Below, one piece after another: positions 49,009-52,399 of a DNA stretch of 52,399 nucleotides. The notes below the pieces were generated by a model, which saw only the letters and a list, made by a program, of their open reading frames with translations, made no database searches and was not told where the DNA came from. Source of the stretch: Lachnospiraceae bacterium. Its GTDB lineage: Bacteria; Bacillota; Clostridia; Lachnospirales; Lachnospiraceae. The translations under genes were made by a program, and so were the position numbers. The stretch spans positions 1-52,399 of the forward strand of contig JAFTFP010000252.1 of the NCBI GenBank assembly GCA_017449485.1. The letters run 5' to 3'. Numbering within the stretch: position 1 is the stretch's first letter; each line of letters starts with the position of its first letter.

Positions 49009-49266
49009 ATGTTAAATATCAGCACCCCGTAAATCTACACATAAGCTGGCAGGTAAGCTCGCTTACCGGGCAGCTTATGCGTAGATTTACGAGGCGGCCA
49101 AGGCGCGAAGCGCCTCTGGCCGCCCACAGTTCGAAATGCTCTGCATTTCGAACTTGAGGGTGCTGTAATGCTCTGCATTTCGAACTTGGGTGCTGTAATA
49201 CTGCGCATTTCGAACTTGGGTGCTGTAATACTGCGCATTTCGAACTTGGGTGCTGTATATTTACAT
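49009..49266. mobile_element. Putative non-autonomous MITE/REP-like element with terminal inverted repeats and three hairpins
   Basis: Left ATGTTAAATATCAGCACCC versus right GGGTGCTGTATATTTACAT; hairpins at 49028-49091, 49093-49124 and 49128-49154; mobility is inferred only. Confidence 0.55.
49135..49256. repeat. Tandem array of four 30-32 bp units
   Basis: AAT(GCTCT/ACTGC)GCATTTCGAACTTG(AG)GGTGCTGT starting at 49135, 49167, 49197 and 49227; no unique spacers. Confidence 0.92.
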
Positions 49267-49275
49267 AGACAAATT

Positions 49276-50577
49276 TCACTCGCAGATCTCCCGTGTCCGG
49301 ATGAACGGCGCCATGCTCTCCTCCACGATCAGCTCTGCGTCAATGCTGATATCGCGTGTGCCGCGCTGATAGATACACGGCACCTCACGGCGCACACGCC
49401 CGCGTGCGGACGGACGCTCATCCAGAAATTCCACCGGCTCGGCGCTCTGCCGCGCAAAGCGGATGACACTGTCCCGGATCCGAACCTGCTCCACCGGTGC
49501 ATAGTCCTCTCCGGCCAGAATCAGCGCGCCCTCCGACTTCAGCTGCAGATGATCCAGCATCACATTCCGGATCCGGCCCGGCAGGCGATCCACGCCCTCT
49601 CTCTTCGTCGCGGACAGATAAACCGGCTCGCCGTCGCCCCACCAGGAGTTCACGCCGCCCTCGCGGCTGATGCAGTTGGCAAAGCTGCGGGTGTTGCCCA
49701 TGACGTGGTGCATCTGAATATTGTAGATCTCACCGCCGTCTCTGGACCAGATGCCGATCCCCCGGGTGCAGTCCCGCAGAATGCAGTCCGACATGATGAT
49801 GTCGTGAATATCTCCGTGGGTCTCCGTTCCGATCTTCAGCGCGCTGGAGCGGGAGTGCATGATGCAGCCGCAGACCACGATATTGCTGCATTCCCCGTAC
49901 TTCTGCGTCATCGGCAGCGTGGTCTTGATGACGACCGAATCGTCGCCGCCCTGAATCACACAGCCGCGGATGATCACATTCTGACAGCAGTCCGGATCAA
50001 TTCCATCATTGTTCGGACCGCGCTCATCGTTCAGAATACGGATGTTTTCGATCAGCACATTTCGGCAGCCCGCCAGGTGAAGGGTCCAGAAGGCGGAATC
50101 CCGGAAGGTGACGCCGGTCACGGTCAGATCCTCCACATCCTCCAGGAAGCTCATGCGGGGCCGGAAGCCGCGCACATTCAGCGGGCATTCGTGCTTTCCG
50201 CCGTCGGAGTCATCGTCATAGAAAACCAGGCGTCCCTGCCCGTCGATGGTGCCGCTGCCGGAAATGGTAATGTTCTTCTCATGACAGGCATACAGAAAGC
50301 ACCCGCCCTCCCAGCCGGTGTCCTCGTTGTCATCCGTGAACTCCTTCGAGAAGTCGATCATATCCGCCTCATCCAGGCTGCTGATCAACACGGCGCCGCT
50401 CTCCAGATGGAGATCCACGCCTGAGCGAAGACGCAGTGATCCGGACAGGAAGTGCCCCGCCGGAATCACGACCTGGCCGCCCTGGACAGCACAGTCGTCG
50501 ATCGCCGCCTGAATTGCCTTCGTACATTTAGTGCGGCCGTCCCCCACGGCCTGATAATCCAGTATATTGTATTGCAT
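49276..50577 (-). CDS. Glycoside hydrolase family 28, divergent subfamily
   Basis: AVGDG...AIQAAID, FWTLH, PNNDGID, GDD, ALKIGTET; lacks GHG and RIK. Confidence 0.85.
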   Translation of the reverse strand: MQYNILDYQAVGDGRTKCTKAIQAAIDDCAVQGGQVVIPAGHFLSGSLRLRSGVDLHLESGAVLISSLDEADMIDFSKEFTDDNEDTGWEGGCFLYACHEKNITISGSGTIDGQGRLVFYDDDSDGGKHECPLNVRGFRPRMSFLEDVEDLTVTGVTFRDSAFWTLHLAGCRNVLIENIRILNDERGPNNDGIDPDCCQNVIIRGCVIQGGDDSVVIKTTLPMTQKYGECSNIVVCGCIMHSRSSALKIGTETHGDIHDIIMSDCILRDCTRGIGIWSRDGGEIYNIQMHHVMGNTRSFANCISREGGVNSWWGDGEPVYLSATKREGVDRLPGRIRNVMLDHLQLKSEGALILAGEDYAPVEQVRIRDSVIRFARQSAEPVEFLDERPSARGRVRREVPCIYQRGTRDISIDAELIVEESMAPFIRTREICE

Positions 50578-50588
50578 GTCCCCCTCCT

Positions 50589-51440
50589 TTAATCCTCCAG
50601 CAGCTGTGCATATACCTCGCGTTTCGTGATGCCCCGGTCCTGTGCCACTTTCTTCATGGCTTCCTTCCGGCTCATTCCCTGCTGCTCATAATACGCCATA
50701 TGTTCTTCCAGCGGACGCTCCTTCCAGGTCTCTTCCTCCTCCTGCCTGCGCTTTTCCGGATCCGCGCCGGCAAGCACCAGCACATATTCTCCGCGGGGCT
50801 CTGTCTCTTCATAGAGCGCCAGCGCATCCGCCAGTGTCGTCGGAAGTGCCTCCTCAAATTTCTTGGTCAGCTCCCGGCACAGCGTCAGCTCCCGGTCTCC
50901 CAGCGCTTCCTGCAGCTCCTTCAGCGTCGCCTTCAGTCTGTGCGGCGCCTCGTAGAGGATGATGGTCCGCTCCTCCGAGGCCAGCACCTCCAGAATTCTT
51001 CTGCGCTCCTTCTTATCCGTGGGCAGAAAACCCTCAAAGCAGAACCTGCGCGCACTTTTTCCGGACAGGGTCAGCGCCGTGATCAGCGCACAGGCGCCTG
51101 GCAGGGACGTGACAGGGATTCCCTCCTCCATGCAGCGGGCCGCCAGCACCTCTCCCGGATCTGAAATGGCCGGTGTGCCGGCATCCGTCACCACCGCAAT
51201 GGAAATACCGCTTCGCAGCTTTCCGATCAGCTCCTCCGCTTTCTCATATTTGTTATGTTCATGGTAGCTGGTGAGCGGCTTCTAAATCTCATAATGATTG
51301 AGAAGCTTTCTGGTATTGCGCGTGTCCTCCGCGGCGATCAGGTCCACCGCCTGCAGCGTGTCCAGCACGCGCAGTGTAATATCTCCCAGGTTGCCGATCG
51401 GCGTCGCGCACAGATACAGCGTCCCGGTCCTGTTTTCCAT
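50589..51440 (-). pseudogene. rsmI: 16S rRNA C1402 2'-O-methyltransferase RsmI interrupted by one in-frame TAG (codon 53)
   Basis: ATG 51440 gives [22 protein letters not shown]...AAEDTR...LLNHYEI*KPLTSYHEHN...VTDAGTPAISDPG in a single frame; TAG at 51282-51284. Confidence 0.85.
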
Positions 51441-51457
51441 TTCAGTACTCATTCTGT

Positions 51458-52267
51458 TCAACCATCTTGTCCCGGTCCGTCCCCGTAGATTTCCTGCGTC
51501 ATCTTCGTGTAATGGCCGGGTGAATCATATACAACCAGCTGCGGGCCCACCCGCAGATACGGGCGTCCCTGCAGCACACAGTCCAGCAGAACCAGATTCG
51601 GCTCCCGGTCCGCATAGGGACTGACGAGCTGCATGCACTTGGGCTCCAGCTTGTACCTCTTCAGCGTATCCATCAGCTCCGGCAGCCGGAACGGCCGGTG
51701 AACCAGACACAGGTGCCCGCCCGGCTTCAGCACATGCGCCGCGCCCGCCGCGATCTCCTCAAAGCTGCACAGCACCTCATGCCTTGCAATGGCCAGCGGG
51801 CTCTCCGGATTTTGCAGGCCCGCGCCCGCAGGCATATACGGCGGATTACAGGTCACCGCGTCATAGCTGCCCTTTTCACAGATCTGACTGAGGCCGCGCA
51901 CATCGCCGGTCACGATCTCAATCCGGTCCTGCAGCCCGTTCAGCGCGACGCTCCGCCTCGCCATCTCAGCGCTGTCTTCCTGAATCTCCAGGCCCGTCAG
52001 ATGCGCCGCCTTCGTCCTCGCGGACAACAGAATCGGCACGATCCCGGTCCCGGTGCACAGATCCAGAACCCGGGCATTCTCCGTCACCGGGGCCGGTACT
52101 CCGCGTCCATCTTTTCCATGTGCACCGCTCTGTCCTGCGGCAAAAGCTGCCAGCAGCACCGCGTCGATGCCAAAACAAAAGCGCTCCGGACTCTGCAGAA
52201 TCTGTAATCCATTATTCTGCAGGTCACAGAGCACCTCGTTCTCTTTCAGGTATTGTTTCATGCTCAC
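51458..52267 (-). CDS. tRNA1(Val) A37 N6-methyltransferase (YabB/TrmN6-like)
   Basis: [26 protein letters not shown]; upstream of rsmI as in Firmicutes. Confidence 0.88.
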   Translation of the reverse strand: MSMKQYLKENEVLCDLQNNGLQILQSPERFCFGIDAVLLAAFAAGQSGAHGKDGRGVPAPVTENARVLDLCTGTGIVPILLSARTKAAHLTGLEIQEDSAEMARRSVALNGLQDRIEIVTGDVRGLSQICEKGSYDAVTCNPPYMPAGAGLQNPESPLAIARHEVLCSFEEIAAGAAHVLKPGGHLCLVHRPFRLPELMDTLKRYKLEPKCMQLVSPYADREPNLVLLDCVLQGRPYLRVGPQLVVYDSPGHYTKMTQEIYGDGPGQDG

Positions 52268-52399
52268 TGTCCGGCAGGCGCTCCGCTTTCCGGGCCGTTC
52301 TGCTGCGCCCGGTCTCTGCGGGGTCTCCTGTGCCGTTTCTTCGATCCCTTGTTTTCGCCGGAGCCCGGATTCTGCTTGTCCTGCTTGTCCGGTCTGTCG
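52264..52399 (-). CDS. 3' end of an upstream gene cut by the window edge (possibly PSP1/RicT tail)
   Basis: Open frame [44 protein letters not shown] whose TGA overlaps the next GTG; identity is a synteny guess. Confidence 0.45.
   Translation of the reverse strand, partial: DRPDKQDKQNPGSGENKGSKKRHRRPRRDRAQQNGPESGAPAGQ

Noticed and set aside
49020-49166. tRNA gene (cloverleaf shape)
   Set aside because: Arms are far too long, with no TTC T-loop, 7-nt anticodon loop or CCA end
49135-49256. CRISPR array
   Set aside because: Units are directly adjacent, only about 5 nt vary (two variants), there are no unique spacers and no cas genes in the window
49019-49279. ORFs 49019-49279 and 49035-49238 with repeated peptides
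   Set aside because: The periodicity comes from the 30-bp DNA repeat; no RBS or family motif
51195-51440. Frameshift or truncated start of rsmI, as suggested by the 201-aa ORF
   Set aside because: The upstream sequence is in the same frame; the only interruption is one TAG

Overview
A GC-rich core-chromosome segment from a Firmicute, most likely Lachnospiraceae (inferred from protein sequences and synteny). It holds about 47 genes, mostly on the minus strand. In order: mecA, pyruvate:ferredoxin oxidoreductase plus a ferredoxin the ORF track missed; rpsF-ssb-rpsR and gdpP-rplI-dnaB; proS-cca; leuA; uvrB-uvrA; mreB-recD2-comF-two membrane proteins-cdaA-cdaR, then HPr; ybaK with an FAD oxidoreductase; hslO; an SPFH/zinc-ribbon gene, a GH105-like miniature, a GH28 and a Tim44/zinc-ribbon gene; PucR-ftsE-ftsX-M23-S41; cvfB; a thioesterase; DUF3810/DUF6020-like membrane proteins; nnrD; a 3D-like secreted protein; pta; a second GH28; rsmI; a tRNA methyltransferase. 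I found no rRNA, tRNA, CRISPR array, transposase or prophage. The most unusual signals are non-coding: (1) a 258-bp element at 49.0-49.3 kb with terminal inverted repeats, three internal hairpins and a four-fold amplified right end; (2) a dispersed hairpin-plus-tail repeat present as an 'empty' copy (30.2 kb) and a 'filled' copy (13.1 kb) that differ by a compensatory base pair. Also notable: an in-frame TAG in an otherwise intact rsmI in a window where TAG is almost unused as a stop, a probable CTG start for comF, and promoters embedded in upstream terminators. I cannot confirm a complete new multi-gene system from sequence alone. All family assignments come from motif recognition, not database searches.
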